A DNA stretch of 64,000 nt from Mobula hypostoma (GCF_963921235.1 NC_086108.1:67582001-67646000); one strand, 5' to 3'. Counted from the first letter of the stretch, positions 1 through 13,965 are shown. Notes: generated by a model not told the origin, from the letters alone. Numbers and translations are program-made.

Positions 1-985
1 CAGAAATCTGTATTGGGAACAAACTGCCGCTTTAAGAATAGACGGAGAAGTGAGTCAGTTTATGAAAATCAAGACAGGCATTAGACAAGGGTGTGTTTTC
101 TCCTCTGGTTTGTTTAATGTGTACAGTGAAACAATATCACAAAAAATAAGAGACATCTTAGGAATCAAAGTTGGCAGTGAAAACAGCAATAATTCTAGAT
201 ATGCAGATAACTGTGTTAATTGCAAGTATGGAGGAAGAACTAAAAAGTTAATTGATATAGTTGTTGAAGAAAGTGCAAAAATTGGTCTATCTATCAATTG
301 CAAAAAGACAGAATGTATGGTGATATCAAAAAGAAGGAGAATCCTATCTCAGGCTGAGAATAAACAGGGAAGACATAGAACAAGTACAGAACTTTTACTA
401 CTAAGGAAGCTGGGTGACATCAGATGGCAGGTGCGACTTGGACATCAAAAGAAGAATAGGGATGGCAAAAGACACCTTTACAAGAATGAAGAGTATACTG
501 ACCAACACTAAACTAGGCATGACAACCTACCTCAGAGCACTGGAATGTTGTGTTTATCCAGTTATGTTATATGGCTCAGAGTGTTAGACAATATCTAGTA
601 ACATGAGGAAACCAATTGAAGCAGCAGAGATGTGTTTTTTGAGGAGGATGCAAAGAATATCATGGACAAAATGAATATCTAATGAGGATGTCATGAACAG
701 AGCAAGCACAAAAAGAGAAATAATGTATGAGATCATGAAAAGGCAACGTGACTTCATTGGACATGTGATTAGGAAAGAGGAATTAGAATGCATGGTAACT
801 ATGGGAAAGACTGAAGGGAAGAGAGCAAGAGGAAGGCAAAGACAAATGATGATGGAGACAGCAGCCAGAGAATGGGAAGTGAATACCAATGAATTGATCC
901 ACTTGACCTGAAACAGGAGTGTGTGGGCCATGGCAGTCAAAGCTCAAACTGGGCACGGCACCTGATGATGATGATGATGATAATA
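1..985 (+). mobile_element. RTE-clade LINE, degenerate 3' part (RT domain to tail)
   Basis: RT motifs GIRQGC..S..LFN and RYAD in ORF 50-511. RTE-type C-terminus GHVIRKEELE..GKTEGKRARGRQR in ORF 693-911. (TGA)n tail at about 963-980. Frameshifted. Confidence 0.85.
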
Positions 986-1194
986 ATATCTATGCAGACA
1001 GCACAATAATGAGTAAATATGTGTCAGGATGAATAACGATGTCATTCTGTGAACGTGCCAGGTCCCAGGTAACTGTGATGGTAACACTTTAACATCAACT
1101 TTATCAGTGTTAACTGTTTTAAAATGTTTAGAAGGTATTCACTTGAATTTCTGAAGTATTTCCTTTGTTAATAATTTATGTTGAATATTTCCAG

Positions 1195-1302
1195 ATCAGG
1201 TGGGCTGTGTGGATCCTGATATTTGTGAGTCAGTCTGTGGAGCCAGAGTAGGATGTTCAAACATTGCATACCCCAAGCTGGTAGTGGAACTTATGCCTGT
1301 AG
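1195..1302 (+). CDS. SLC5A9: SLC5A9 (SGLT4) internal coding exon, 108 bp
   Basis: ccag|AT...GTAG|gtgagg. Encodes [36 protein letters not shown](G), matching SLC5A9 [24 protein letters not shown]. Confidence 0.95.
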
Positions 1303-2142
1303 GTGAGGCTGTATTTATTATCATCTTGAATACTGATGAACGGTGCATCTATTGTTTGTCGTCCGCTCAACCTGTCAGCTCCCATTATAAACACAGCACC
1401 TTGCTCATTCATTTCACAATTATTCCTGGTGTATTCCAGCCTCCATTTATTCACCCTTATAATTAAGGTGCCCATTTTCCATGAGGAAAGAGCCAGACAA
1501 ACCATTCAAGCCATTGTTGGTATAATTCATTGTTTGCCGAAGTGGCACATGAGGAGCTGTCTGGTCTCCATCCAAGTTCTTTGCTAGAATCAAGAACTTA
1601 CAAAATCATTCCAAATGGGAAGACTACGTTTGCATTATAAGTATTTCTACCATCTGCAACTTTCACAATCAAGAACACCAATGCTAAGTGTAACCAAGTG
1701 ATAACTTGAGACAAAAATTTGTTAGGGAGAAGTTGATCTTGAAGACTTTGAAGCAATGTGGCAGACGAGGGGTTAAATCTCAGATGGGAAATATCCCTTC
1801 TCTCTGGTTGAAACAACCAAAACAAAGTAGCAAACATTTCTGCAGAAGGGGAAGTAATACTCCAAATTTAGGAAAATATAGAAATTTACCATTAAAATAA
1901 ATATTATTTTATTGTTCCTATACACTGATTATTCATCAATCTGCTACCACCTTGAAAACCTCACACAGAAACTGAAACAGATAATACAAACTAAATGTCA
2001 CAGGTGAATGGATTCCTGATATAGGGGAATTAATTATACAGAGGAATTTGTCCAACAATAAATTCTTCTGTATAAGACATGTGATTTGATCATCTGTGCT
2101 TGAAATTATTAAAAGGATTGTGATTGATATCTATTTATATTA

Positions 2143-3005
2143 GGCCATAAGACCATAAGACATAGGAACAGAATTGAGTCATTTAGTGGATCAAGTCTGC
2201 TTCGCCATTTCATCATGGCTGATCCAATTTTCCTCTCAGCCCCAATCTCCTGCCTTCTTCTTGTATCCCTTTATGCCCTGACCAATCAAGAATCTATCGA
2301 TCTCTGCCTTATATATACATTAAAAATTGGCCTCCATAGCTGCCTGCAGCAAAGAATTCCACAGATTCACCACACTGGCTAAAGAATTCCACCTCATCTC
2401 CATTCTAAAAGAACACCCCTCTATTCTGAGGTTGTGTCCTCTGGTCTTAGACTCTCCCACCATAAGAAACATCCTCTCCACATCCACTCTATCAAGGCCT
2501 TTCACTATTCGATAGATTTCAATGAGTCACCCCTCATTGTTCTGAATTCTAGTGAATACCAGCCCAGAGCTAACAAACACTCTTCATATGGCAAGCCATT
2601 CAATCCTGGAATCATTTTTGTGAATTTTCTTTGAACCCTCTCAAGTTTCAGCACATCCCTTCTAAGATAAGGGCCCCACAACTGCTCATAATATTTCAAG
2701 TGAGGCATCGCCAGTACTTTCTAAAGTCTCAACATTACATCCTAGCTTTTATATTCTAGTCCTCTTGAAATGAACGTTAACGTTACATCTACCTTCCTCA
2801 CCACAGATTCAACCTGCAAATTAACTTTTAGGGAATCCTGCACAAGGACTCCCAAGTCCCTTTGCACCTCAGTTTTTTTGTATGTTTCTCCATTTAGAAA
2901 ATAGCCAACCCTTACATTTCTTCTGCCAAAGTGCATGACCATACACTTCTGGACACTGTATTCCATCTGCCACTTCTTTGTCCATTCTCCTAATCTGTCT
3001 TCTAA
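2143..3005 (-). mobile_element. CR1 LINE, 5'-truncated and degenerate
   Basis: Minus-strand ORF fragments with CR1 ORF2 C-terminal motifs (WQM.Y..KC.VMHFG, LERVQRKFT, TRGH.L). Octamer tail reads (ccataaga)n on +. Confidence 0.9.
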
Positions 3006-3127
3006 TCTCCTAATAATAGGGACATTACAAAAATTGTGATATTGGCTGCCTTTTCTACTACACTTGATCCTGACAAACATGACCTAAATATGATTATTTT
3101 TTTCTTTCTGTGTTTATTTTGAACCAG

Positions 3128-3278
3128 GCTTGAGGGGGCTGATGATAGCAGTAATGATGGCTGCCTTAATGAGTTCACTCACCTCAATATTTAACAGCAG
3201 CAGCACGCTCTTCACCTTGGATATCTGGCAGAGGTTTCGCACAAACGCCACTGAACAGGAGCTAATGATTGTCGGCAG
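3128..3278 (+). CDS. SLC5A9: SLC5A9 coding exon, 151 bp
   Basis: ccag|GC...GGCAG|gtacc. Encodes [51 protein letters not shown]. Phase 1 to 2 is consistent with neighbours. Confidence 0.96.
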
Positions 3279-3884
3279 GTACCTTTCCATTTCAGCAAGA
3301 CTGGTAATCGAAACAAAAAAAGGGAGTATTTCTGTTCCCCTACTATCCCATCGTGTGGTAGGGGAGGGTAAACATGAATTGGAGTCACTTTTTCAGCTGG
3401 GAGCGTCATTGTCATATTCAAAAGGGGTTTGTGTAAAAGCACCAAACAATGTACATTAAAAAAAAGAATAGATTTTCAACTTTGTCCATTATAAGCCAGT
3501 CGTCTCCTTTATTTCTGCTGATTTTCATTTCCAGTAGCAGCATGTTAGGTTGCCTGGTTGTGACTGAAAATCTCGGTTCTCTTCTCTGTCCATTTATGAC
3601 CTAATGTTTGCAGATGAGGTACAGTGAACCTCAGCTTGGCAGACCTTTTTGAGGATGCTTCTCTTTTCAAGAGCAATAATACCTGCAACCATGGTACATA
3701 GGAAAGGTACAAGTGGAAAAATAGCTTCTTGATCAATGTACTAAAAAGTAGCCCACTTATCCAGGTGTATAATCACTTTCTTATCACAATTACTTCCCCT
3801 CTTGACATTTCCCTTTAGTCGTCCTAAGTACTTTTAAAAAATTTATTAGCTGGAACTAACAGGGTACCTTTGGGATTGAGAATC

Positions 3885-4205
3885 ATTCAGAATTAGAGTT
3901 AGAATCAGAATCAGGTTTATTATCACCAGCATGTGTCATGAAATTTGTCAACTTAGCAGCAGCAGTACAATGCAATACATGATCATATGGAAAGAAAAAA
4001 AACAAGTAATTACAGTAGTTATATGTATGTATAGTAAATAGATTGAAAGTAGTGCAAAACAGAAGTAATATATGTTTTTTAAAAAGTGAGGTAGTATTAA
4101 TAATGCACACTGCCTTTCTGAGGCACCACTCCTTGAAGATGTCTTGGACACTACACAAGATGGAACTGACTAATTTTATAATTTTCCGTAGCTTCTTTCA
4201 GTCAC
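3885..4205 (-). mobile_element. Rex1/L2-type LINE 3' fragment
   Basis: Minus strand has AATAAA followed by a (TCTGAT/TCTAAC)-like tail. Related 3' sequence recurs at about 61415. Confidence 0.6.
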
Positions 4206-4534
4206 CAAAGTCATTAACTTTGCCAGGTTGAACTGTGAGATATTGAATAACCTGCCCGTTTATAAACCCTGCCTAATATCCTTTGCAAGTAGAATTGGAG
4301 AATAATTACATTTTGCACTGTGTTGAGAAATGTAGTTAATTGACAAAAAAAATTGAATAGAATTAAAATTGGATTTCTAGAGAGCATTATAAGTGTTATA
4401 TTTTCAAATCAGGAAGAGAACCTGCATGATAACTGGCTGCATTTTATAGATGGTAGACACACAGCCATTGTGCACCAGCAGAGGAGAAAATAAAGGCTTG
4501 ATCTGTGCTTTGTCATAATGGAGTTGAGCTTATC

Positions 4535-4708
4535 ACTGCCTGAGTCAGTGGTGGAGGCAGATACACTAGTGAAATTTAAGAGACCACTAGACAGGTATAT
4601 GGAGGAATTTAAGGTGGGGGGGTTATATGGGAGGCAGGGTTTAAGGGTCGGCACAACATTGTGGGCTCAAGGGCCTGTACTGTGCTGTACTGTTCTATAT
4701 TCTATGTT
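4535..4708 (+). mobile_element. CR1 3' end fragment
   Basis: LPESVVEADTLVKFKR..DRYM followed by the 3' UTR. Nearly identical to about 60497-60668. Confidence 0.85.
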
Positions 4709-6217
4709 TATCAGGAATTGCAGAAAATGTTTTCATCTAGGCAAATGCACAGTATTCCATCACACTCTTGTTGCATGCTTTGTAGAAGTCGGCAAGGTTT
4801 TGGAATGCTAGGAGGTGAGCCACTCGTTATTGAATATCAATCCTCTGTCCTATTGTTGAGGACACTTGAGAGAGGGTGTGGGGAAGCTGACAGGATCTGA
4901 AAACTTTTCCTTGAACTGAGCTGGCACCAGTTTCCAACAGGTGATGAGGCTACACATTCAGTTTTACTGAGCACAAGTACCTAAGTGCATCGAGGTCCAT
5001 TACCTTAGGACTCCATTTTAACTACTTAATATGGACCGGTTCTAGCTAACAGGTGTGCAGGTCATCTGTTTCAATCCACCTGCAAAATCTGCAGAAGGCC
5101 TGGTTCTATGGACATTTAGTGCAGAGAGTTATTTCTCAGATTTGCATCAGCATTTTTGATTTGTAGAAGGAAACATCCTGTTGAAATGCTGCACCTGAAC
5201 ATGCTGAGGAGTGTGGCAGGCAGGCGACTGAATATGTCTGTCTGATGATATAGCTGCTAGCATCTGCAAAGGAAAACATGTTTCTTTTATTTTAGCCATT
5301 TTCTTATTGGCAATGATTCTGCTGTTGCCATTTATACCCTTTCTAGACTGATATTGTTTTCCTTAAAAGAATACTCAATTTTTGCACGATCTTTATCATT
5401 TTGCTTTCCACCCTATTACTGACTCTCTTTTGTTCTAGCCTTCCTCTTCTTACTCTGCACTTGAAACCTGCTATCATTCTGCCTTTTGCACATTATAATG
5501 AATGGTTATCAACCATAAATAGTAATTTTTTTCCTCTGGCCATTGATGCTGTCTGACCCTCTAATTATAAACAATCGTTTCTAGCTTTTCTGTTCATTTA
5601 CTTACCATTCACGTATTGCTTCCAATGTCCAGCTTGAATTTAACCAGATACGTATGCCTGCTGGTTTCCAAATGAATGTAATGAATCAATTGAATTTCAC
5701 AACAAACTGCTTGCTTTGTGATTACTTTCTGATACCAGCATTTTATTCTGAATTTACTTTGTTTAACTGAATTTAAATTCTGAATATCATCAACAAGCCT
5801 GGTAACTCTTTCTTTGGGCTCAGTGCCCATTTTACGTATACTTATTTTGTGGGATCCTTGAGATTTTAAAACTCAGTATAAATAGGGGTTGTTGATGCAT
5901 ATCTTTCACACTATTTCTTTTGCTTACCAGTTCATGAGCAATTATGTGTGCAGACGTAATACACGGACCTTATTTTTCAAGAACTCCATAACAATGGAAG
6001 TGATGATCTCTCCAACTGAATAAGTACATTTGCTGCTTCTAACAAGAAGTGCTTGGTAACGCATTGATCAATATTTCAGAAGTGTCTTGAAATAAAGGTG
6101 GTTGAATTGACATGAAGCAGAGACCTTTTAGCTGTTTTACAGAACCTAATTTATTCAGAGGATGTGTCCAAGTGTTATTTTCTAATTAGCTTATTATTGT
6201 TTTTATTTGTTTTGCAG

Positions 6218-6386
6218 GGTATTTATTATTTTCATAGTTGCTGTCAGTATAGTATGGATCCCCATTATCCAGAAAGCCAACAGTGGCCAGCTATTTGACT
6301 ACATTCAGTCTGTTACCAGCTACTTAGCACCACCAATCACAGCACTGTTCATCATGGCAGTCTTCTGGACAAGAGTCAATGAGCCG
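6218..6386 (+). CDS. SLC5A9: SLC5A9 coding exon, 169 bp
   Basis: tttgcag|G...CCG|gtgaga. Encodes [56 protein letters not shown]. Confidence 0.96.
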
Positions 6387-6639
6387 GTGAGAACCAGGAC
6401 CAGTGAGAGCTATTGCAATTACTGTCATTTAATAGCCCATTAATGTAGAAAATCTGCTGAAACAAGAATTAAATCTTCATAAATGATGCATTTCAAAATG
6501 TATAAATATCAACATAAACTGCTCGACAAAGACTTAAAGTAATCCAGATTGCTGAAAGAGCATTTTCTTTCTTGCAGTTAGAAATGTTCCAGATAAGTAT
6601 TACCCCATTCCATAAGCCAGGATGCAATGTACAAACTTA

Positions 6640-7435
6640 TTCAAAGTTCAAAATAAATTCATTATCAAAGTACATATATGAAATGATATGCAACCCTGAG
6701 ATTAATGAAGTCTTCTTGGGCTTCCAGCCAGGTACAGGCATCAATTATAACTGATGTTTCTCTGCCATCTTAAGAACATGAGATGAAGGTCTTTGAAAGT
6801 GAGTTCATAGGTTGTGAGAACAGTTTAGTGTGAGGCAAGTGGATCTGAGTGAAGTTATCCCCTCTGGTTAAAGGGCCTAATGATTGAGGGGCAACACCTG
6901 GTGGTGCGGGTCCTGAGGCTCCTTCCTGATGGCAGTAATGAGAAGAGAGCATGGCCTGGAAGGTGGGTGTCTCTGATGATGGATGCTGCTTTCCTGCGAT
7001 AGCGCTCCATGTGGATTTGCTCAACAACGGGGAAGGATTTTGCCATGATGGACTGGGCCATATCCACAACTTTTTTGTAGGCTTTTCCATTCAAAGGCAT
7101 TGGTGTTTCCATACAATATACTCTCCACTGCACATCTATAGAAGCTTGTCAAAGTTTTAGATGACACGTCAAATCTTCACACACTTCTAAGAAAGTAGAG
7201 GCACTGCCATGCTTTCATCATAATGGCACTTACATACTGGACTCAGGACATAGACTCTGAAATGACAATACCAAGCAATTTAAAGTTGCTGACCCTCTCC
7301 ACCTCTGATCCCCTAGAGGACTGGCTTATGGATCTTTGTTTTCCTCTTCCTGAATCAGCTCCTTGGTCTTGCTGACATTGAGTGAGAGGCCGTTGCTGTA
7401 GCACCACTCAGCCAGATTTTCTATCTCCCTCCTGT
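6640..7435 (-). mobile_element. Rex1/L2-type LINE 3' fragment
   Basis: Minus-strand ORF reads KAASIIRDTHLPGHALFSLLPSGRSLR. TTTGAAC-type tail at about 6640-6660. Confidence 0.75.
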
Positions 7436-8152
7436 GTGTTCAACTGTTGAGTAATCCTGCTAAGTGGCCATTATTCAAGTTCATGTTTAAACATTATTGT
7501 TTCAATACTGTCATGCCAAATCCTTTTTTAAGTCAATTTCTATGAGCTCCCCCCCCCACAGTTTCACAGAATAGTGCTGAATACCATCCGTTTTAATATA
7601 TACTCAGATTGACACCCCTGAGGCCAACTACCTACTTGAGACTATGGATCCTTCATCCAATTTCCTTTTAATGATAAGTGACAGTCATATTTAAGAAGAT
7701 ATAAATTATAATACAGCTTAGGTTGCATTTGAATTAACTAAAAGGCTCTAAGGCAGAATGATCCAACATGTTCTCACTCCAGCAACCAGTAGGCTATCGC
7801 TCAGTATAAAGGATATCATGATATCATCATGACACATTATATTTACAGTATTGGTGCAGATAATCATGAAAGTCGATGATTTTCATGAACATTGATCTAA
7901 ATTTTTTACTAGTCTGCCAAACAGGGAAATTCTTGACTGATTAGGAACAGCATGTCACATTCTATGTAACTACATTCCTAGCATTGAGATTAGCAATAAA
8001 ATGCCCACAGGGTTTCTTTGAAACAATAATATTTCAACCAGTTTTCCTAAAGGAAATTGTACATTGAGTGTATATGTTATACCTGGATTCTTTATTAGAA
8101 ACTAATATGTAGTTAAAGCATCTTGATGAGATTTGTTTAATATATGTTATAG

Positions 8153-8368
8153 GGTGCTTTTTGGGGATTGATGGTTGGGCTGATTCTGGGTCTTGTTCGA
8201 ATGGTCATGGAGTTTGTCTATGGAGCGCCATCATGTGGTGAAGTGGATAAAAGACCATCATTCCTCAAGGACGTGCACTACCTTTACTTTGCTTTGATTC
8301 TATGTGGAATAAGTGCAATTGTTATCACTGTCGTCAGCCTACTGACACCAGCAATCCAAGAAGAAAAT
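8153..8368 (+). CDS. SLC5A9: SLC5A9 coding exon, 216 bp
   Basis: ttatag|GGT...AAT|gtaagt. Encodes GAFWGLMVGLILGLVRMVMEFVYGAPSCGEVDKRPSFLKDVHYLYFALILCG...PAIQEEN. Confidence 0.96.
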
Positions 8369-8752
8369 GTAAGTGATGGATATTGATATATTAGTACATC
8401 TCTCAAAAAAATCCACCTTTTAAGTTCTTTCTTAGTTTGTCTATTACAGCAAGGTATTCCAAGATCGTGGTTAGAATTCCCTACAGGATCCCCATAAAAA
8501 AATAAAATGAACATGTTTTCCTTATATTGTATTTTGTAGCTGTGCTATTTGTAAAACAAAGATTAGTTTTTTTTTGGTCCACTCAATTTTAAAACCAACC
8601 ATTAACATCAGTTAACCATCACTTCTGGACTGATGTCCATGACTAACCTTGATTAACCTTGATCTACTTTAACCTATTTTAACCTTGATGTCCATCCAAA
8701 GCACTCCAATAGAGATAGATTTTGTTTTGAAAAAAAACTAATTGGTTTATTT

Positions 8753-8848
8753 CGGCCTGAAACGTCGACTGTACTTTTTTTTCCATAGATGCTGCCTGGC
8801 CTGCTGTGTTGCTTGGATCTCCAGCATCTGCACATTTTCTGTTGTTTG
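8753..8848 (+). mobile_element. Penelope-derived mini-insert with 14-bp TSD
   Basis: Flanked by TAATTGGTTTATTT at 8739-8752 and 8849-8862. Begins inside a hammerhead (cggcctGAAAcGTCgactg). Confidence 0.75.
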
Positions 8849-9844
8849 TAATTGGTTTATTTTCTCAGTACAGGAATATTTCTATTAGTTTTCATATACA
8901 GATGTTTTATTGATGCAGCGTCTGATGATGGGTTCAATATGGTGCTAGAGCTTAAGGTTGCATTAATCACAATTGTGTGAAATGATAAAAGATAAGTCAA
9001 AAGTGAAATAAGTTATTTAGTAACTGAAGCAAATCAATTCTGAAGGTGGAATATTAATCATGAGAAGATTTTAAAAAGAGTGGGGTTAGGTGAGCCAATT
9101 GTTATCTGAGTTACACTTCCACAGTTGAATGCCCAATTCAAGTTGAATGCTGGATTTAATTTTTGTAAACAATATAAACCATAAGAATCAGAAGGTTGAC
9201 TGGAAATGGAAGGGTTGGCATGTATTGTATGCGGTCATCCTGAGAGAAAAGAAGATTTATACTCTACAAGACCATTTCCACTGCGATAACCTGGACCCCA
9301 AGAAACTTAATAACCTGTTGGACCCCTCAAGGCCCTTCAGACACTTCATCCAGAGCCATGATGGCAGCAGTCTGGACTCCTGTGGCAGCTCATTGTGTAC
9401 CTTCTTGTCATCAGCCACCACTTGCTGTGTCATTATTTATGTGTGCTTGCTACCATTTACAAGCTGGAAGTAAGGGCCTCATATAAATGATATAAAGGAC
9501 ATTTCATGGGGGTTTTATTGGATATCAGACAACACACCAGCATCTCGACATTCACGCTCAATCACATTTGAGTGTATAACGCCCCACTGTCCTCATCCGA
9601 GTCTTGCAGAGCTGAACTCATGTGTGACCTTGCTTAAGGGAAGCTGGCAAACAAGTTTTGCTTTCTCCCAGTCTGGCTGCCCTACAGCTGTTACATCTAC
9701 TGTCTGTGAAGTTCCACAATATATGTTGGTGGCTATCAGGTAGAGATCTTCAACGTCTGGCAGCTCATCAGCTGCTGTTAGCCGCTAAAGTTGCCATCTC
9801 CTATTGCTTTCACCTTTCTGTCACATGGCTTTCTCAATATGGTC

Positions 9845-11453
9845 ATCCTAGAATAGGTTGAGTGAACTCGGCCTTTTCTCCTTGGAGCGACGGAGGATGA
9901 GAGGTGACCTGTTAGAGGTGTACAAGATGATGAGAGGCATTGATCGTGTGGATGATCAGAGGCTTTTTCCCAGGGCTGAAATGGTTGCCACAAGGGGACA
10001 CAGGTTTAAGGCGCTGGGGAGTAGGTACAGGGGTAAGTTTTTTACTCAGAGAGTGATAAGTGCGTGGAATGGGCTGCCGGCAACGGTGGTGGAGACAGAT
10101 ACAATAGGGTCTTTTAAGAGACTTCTGGATAGGTACATGGAGCTTAGAAAAATAGAGGGCTATGGGTAAGCCGAATAATTTCTTTTTCTTTTTCAATATT
10201 TTTTATTGATTTCTATATAGGAGAATACAGAGTCCAAGAGAATACATATTATAAGACAAAAGAAAAAATATAATAATACCAGATACAGTACATTGAATCA
10301 CATTAATGAACTCCTTACTCTATATTCATATAGATTAGACTAATTCATATATTAGAATAGAAACAATTTTATAAAAAATAAAAGATCTATACACACTACC
10401 AAAGTCAAAGCTGCTTGGGGAAAAAAAGAAAAAAAACTTATCAGATAATAAAATATGTTGTTAACCAACTTCTGTACTTTAACGAGAAGTCAAAGATTAT
10501 GAAAATAATTTTAAAACGCCCCCACAAATTTTGAAAATCTTAGTTAGATTCAGAAATTGAACAATGAATCTTTTCTAAATTTAGGCATGCCATAACATCC
10601 CGTAACCACTAAGCATGATTAGGTGGAACAGCATCCTTCCATTTAAACAAAAGTGCCCTCCTAGCCATAAGAGAGATAAAAGCCAGAATGTGCAAATCAG
10701 ATGTCTTCAAGATGATATCTTTCCTTCCAACAATACCAAACAGGGCAGTCAAAGGATTAGGCTTAAAATTTACTTTAAAGAGTACAGAAAAAGTTTGGAA
10801 TACTTCCTTCCAATATTTTCCAGGACTCGGACATGTCCAAAACATATGAATAAATGAAGCTTCTCCATTGTTACACCTATCACAGCAGGGAGATATATCC
10901 ATATAAAAATGAGATAACTTATCCTTGGTCATATAAGCCCCATGAACCACTTTAAGTTGTAGGAGGGAATGACAAGCACATAACGATGAAGTATTAACCA
11001 ATTTAAAAATTTCATTCCAAGTTTTTTCAGAAATTAAAGTCTGTAAATCTTGTTCCCAAAGATTTTTGATTTTGTCAAAAGAATCATTTCTCATTCCCAA
11101 CAACGTATCATAAATATTGGATATTGAACCATTATAAAATGATTTCATATTAAGAATTTCATCTAATACGTTCCTATCAGGACTATTGGGAAATGTATAT
11201 AATTGAGATTGCAGAAAATCTCTAATTCGTAAGTACTGATAAAATGGGTTTTTGGTAAACTATATTTAATTGATAATTGTTCGAATGAAGAAAGACTTCC
11301 TCCAACAAACAGTTCCCAGAAACATGTAATGCCCAATCCTTCCCATTGTTTAAAAACTACATGTAATTTCTAAGGTAGGGACATGTTCGGCACAACTTTG
11401 TGTGCCAAAGGGCCTGTATTGTGCTGTATGTTTTCTATGTTTCTATGTTTCTA
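9845..11453 (+). mobile_element. CR1 3' end whose 3' UTR is split by an L1-type insertion
   Basis: ORF 9858-10169 is a CR1 ORF2 C-terminus. The UTR resumes at 11364 and ends in a (tatgtttc)n tail. Confidence 0.88.
10184..11363 (-). mobile_element. L1/Tx1-group LINE, 5'-truncated
   Basis: ORF 10609-11148 has the zf-RVT-like CCHC motif CDRC....ASFIHMFWTCP and LLFKWK. AATAAA plus an A-rich tail on -. 8-bp TSD TAATTTCT. Confidence 0.85.
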
Positions 11454-13588
11454 GTCTGCAGAGCTACCTTGGCCATACAATGACTTCCAGCATTAGAACT
11501 GAAGGGGTAATGTGTATGAGTACAGTTGCTCTCAGCTCATGCAGAGGCTTCTAGTAATACTTATACCTCAAATGTGTAAATAAGTAAATAATTGTGACTG
11601 CTCTTCTTTAGCACTTGAATCCTTGCATGTTCCTTTCTCCACAAGTTAAATTATTGCCATGCACCACCATTAATTGTTCAAGTGTGGTTTCTTTTGCATC
11701 TGCTTAATTTTAATCTTTTTCCAACAGTCATGCAGATAGTAAACATCCAGTGATCCAGGTTCAGCCTTGACCACTTTTGCTTCCCATGTAGAGTGTGCAT
11801 GTTCTCATTTGGCTGTTCTTGTTTACTTTGTACTGGTGGATCGGTTAATTGGCCATCATAAAATGCCCCATATGTAGGTGAGTGGAAGAATCTGGAAGGA
11901 GTTGATGGGAATTTGGGAAAGATAAAATAAGACATGTTAAAGCAATGGTTGGTGCGGACTTGATGGGCTGAAGTGCTGTTTCCATGTGAGTTTCTGCGGT
12001 TGTGGAAGAATGGGAATGTTCAGTGATGAGTACACATAAGACTATGACTGATATATGTCTGGGCACTAGGCAAATCAGTAGAGCTGATGTGGAAAATCAA
12101 CGGTGTTGTTGAATGGTGGAGCAGATTCGGGGATAAGTGGCCTTCTGCTCCAGTTGTTTAAGTTTTTACTGTCACACAGGTACCGGCACTGATGTGACAT
12201 AATTATTTCAATTGCAAGGAAGAAAAGGTTTCATGTTGATTTCAACTATTTCACTGGTGTAATGAAAAATTAATTTGATTTGCTATCCCAAACAAAAAAC
12301 ATTAAATGTGTTTTATAAGCAGATTTTAGTTGTTGAACTGAAGCAATATTTGAATATTTCCTTCACTATTCCTGAAGCTAAAACATCACTATTTTTCTTG
12401 AAATTTGAAATAATATCTGTAGTTCCAGGATTACAGCAGAATATAACAATTATTCAACCAATAAAGAATTAATTCATGGACTACAGACAAATTGTTTTAG
12501 TGTCAGTAATAAAACATCTCAAGATGGAGGATATCAAATAAAATAGCAATAATTTCTGAGAATAATCAGTAAATTTATCTTAATGTGAAAATACACTAGC
12601 AGATAGTAGAATGGACCTGTTATATATTTTGTTTTCAGAAAAGCTTCAATAATGTACCACGTAAGTAAATTATGGCAAAGAGCATATCTTATAGAATAAA
12701 TGGGCAGGCACCGAATAGGATCAAAATATAGCTACAGAATAGAAAATTGATATTAATGGGATACAGGAAGTTTACTGTACTGGCAAAAAAGTGGGTAACT
12801 CACACTCAATATTGACTCAAAAATAGGTAACAACATTTGCAGAGATCAAAATAGAAGTTTTAACTCCTAGAATTAAAACTGCAAAGTGAATATTTTTGCA
12901 GGGAGCAAACTATGGTGAAATATAAGATGTTTTATTTTGATTGGGAGAGTAAGTCAGATAAATGTTCCACTAATCTGGATTGAGAAGCAAAGAGATTTGG
13001 GAATATATAGCCCCTTCAAATAGCACCCTCTGACAGAACTGCAGACATAAAACCCGCGCTTTTATTTCTACCCTATCATCTGTTTACGGTCCCAAGAATT
13101 TTTCTACATGAAGTACTGATCTAACTGGGTGTGCTTTTCAAAATAGTGTAGTATATTTGCTGTTCACAGCTGGTCTTCCCATTGATGTGAAAATGACAGC
13201 ACAGGGTGTAACTTTCCCAAGATCAGGACTGAACCTACACTGCTAGAGCTGAGGGAGCAGCTGCTCTAACTGTGTCACTGCACCGCTCTGTGGAGAGCAA
13301 AAAACAAGATAGTTCCCTGAAATTGTTTAATATTGAGCTGCCATTGCTACAATGTGTCTTTTCTCTAAATTCCCTCTACTCAGTGTTTTTCCCATTAACC
13401 CAACATTGAATCCGGAGGCAACACAACCTCCTTATTTTACTGTAGTAAAATATGGCCAGTACTTTTTCAATAACATTACAGAACTCACAGTAAGTAAGTC
13501 TTTTTGTTATTTTGCAAAATTGACAACTGTACATAAAGTTTACTGATCTCTTTACTTCACACAATAAGAATTACTTATATTTTCAAAG

Positions 13589-13739
13589 CTAATTCGATTA
13601 ACCTGGTGGACTAGAAACATCAAAATTTCGACGAAATGCTTGGATGATAACTGGAGCCAGCCAAAGACAATCTCCGAGCTGATTGACAGAAGTGCTGAAT
13701 CATTATCTATCACAGAGGATGATGAACTGCAAGAAACAG
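13589..13739 (+). CDS. SLC5A9: SLC5A9 penultimate coding exon, 151 bp (not in ORF track)
   Basis: tttcaaag|CTA...ACAG|gtagag. Encodes LIRLTWWTRNIKISTKCLDDNWSQPKTISELIDRSAESLSITEDDELQET, with the LxRLTWWTR motif typical of SLC5A9. Phase 0 to 1 fits both flanking exons. Confidence 0.92.
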
Positions 13740-13965
13740 GTAGAGTGGTTTTGGGGAGCTAATGCCTGAAATGTTAACTCTGTTTCTGTTAACCTGCTGC
13801 TTGCCAGCTGGGTTTCGCCAGTATTTGCTGTTTTTATTACAGGATAACTATGTATTCCAGTTCCATTCATCATGCACACTGTCTGCATCGCCACAATCCC
13901 AAGCACAAAATTCTACCACTGAGTGAACAGGGTTAGGAATGTAAGGCACTTACTCTTTGAAAATA

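Noticed and set aside
11720..11900. Possible degenerate V-SINE/HE1 remnant
   Set aside because: Too decayed to define boundaries or family by eye.
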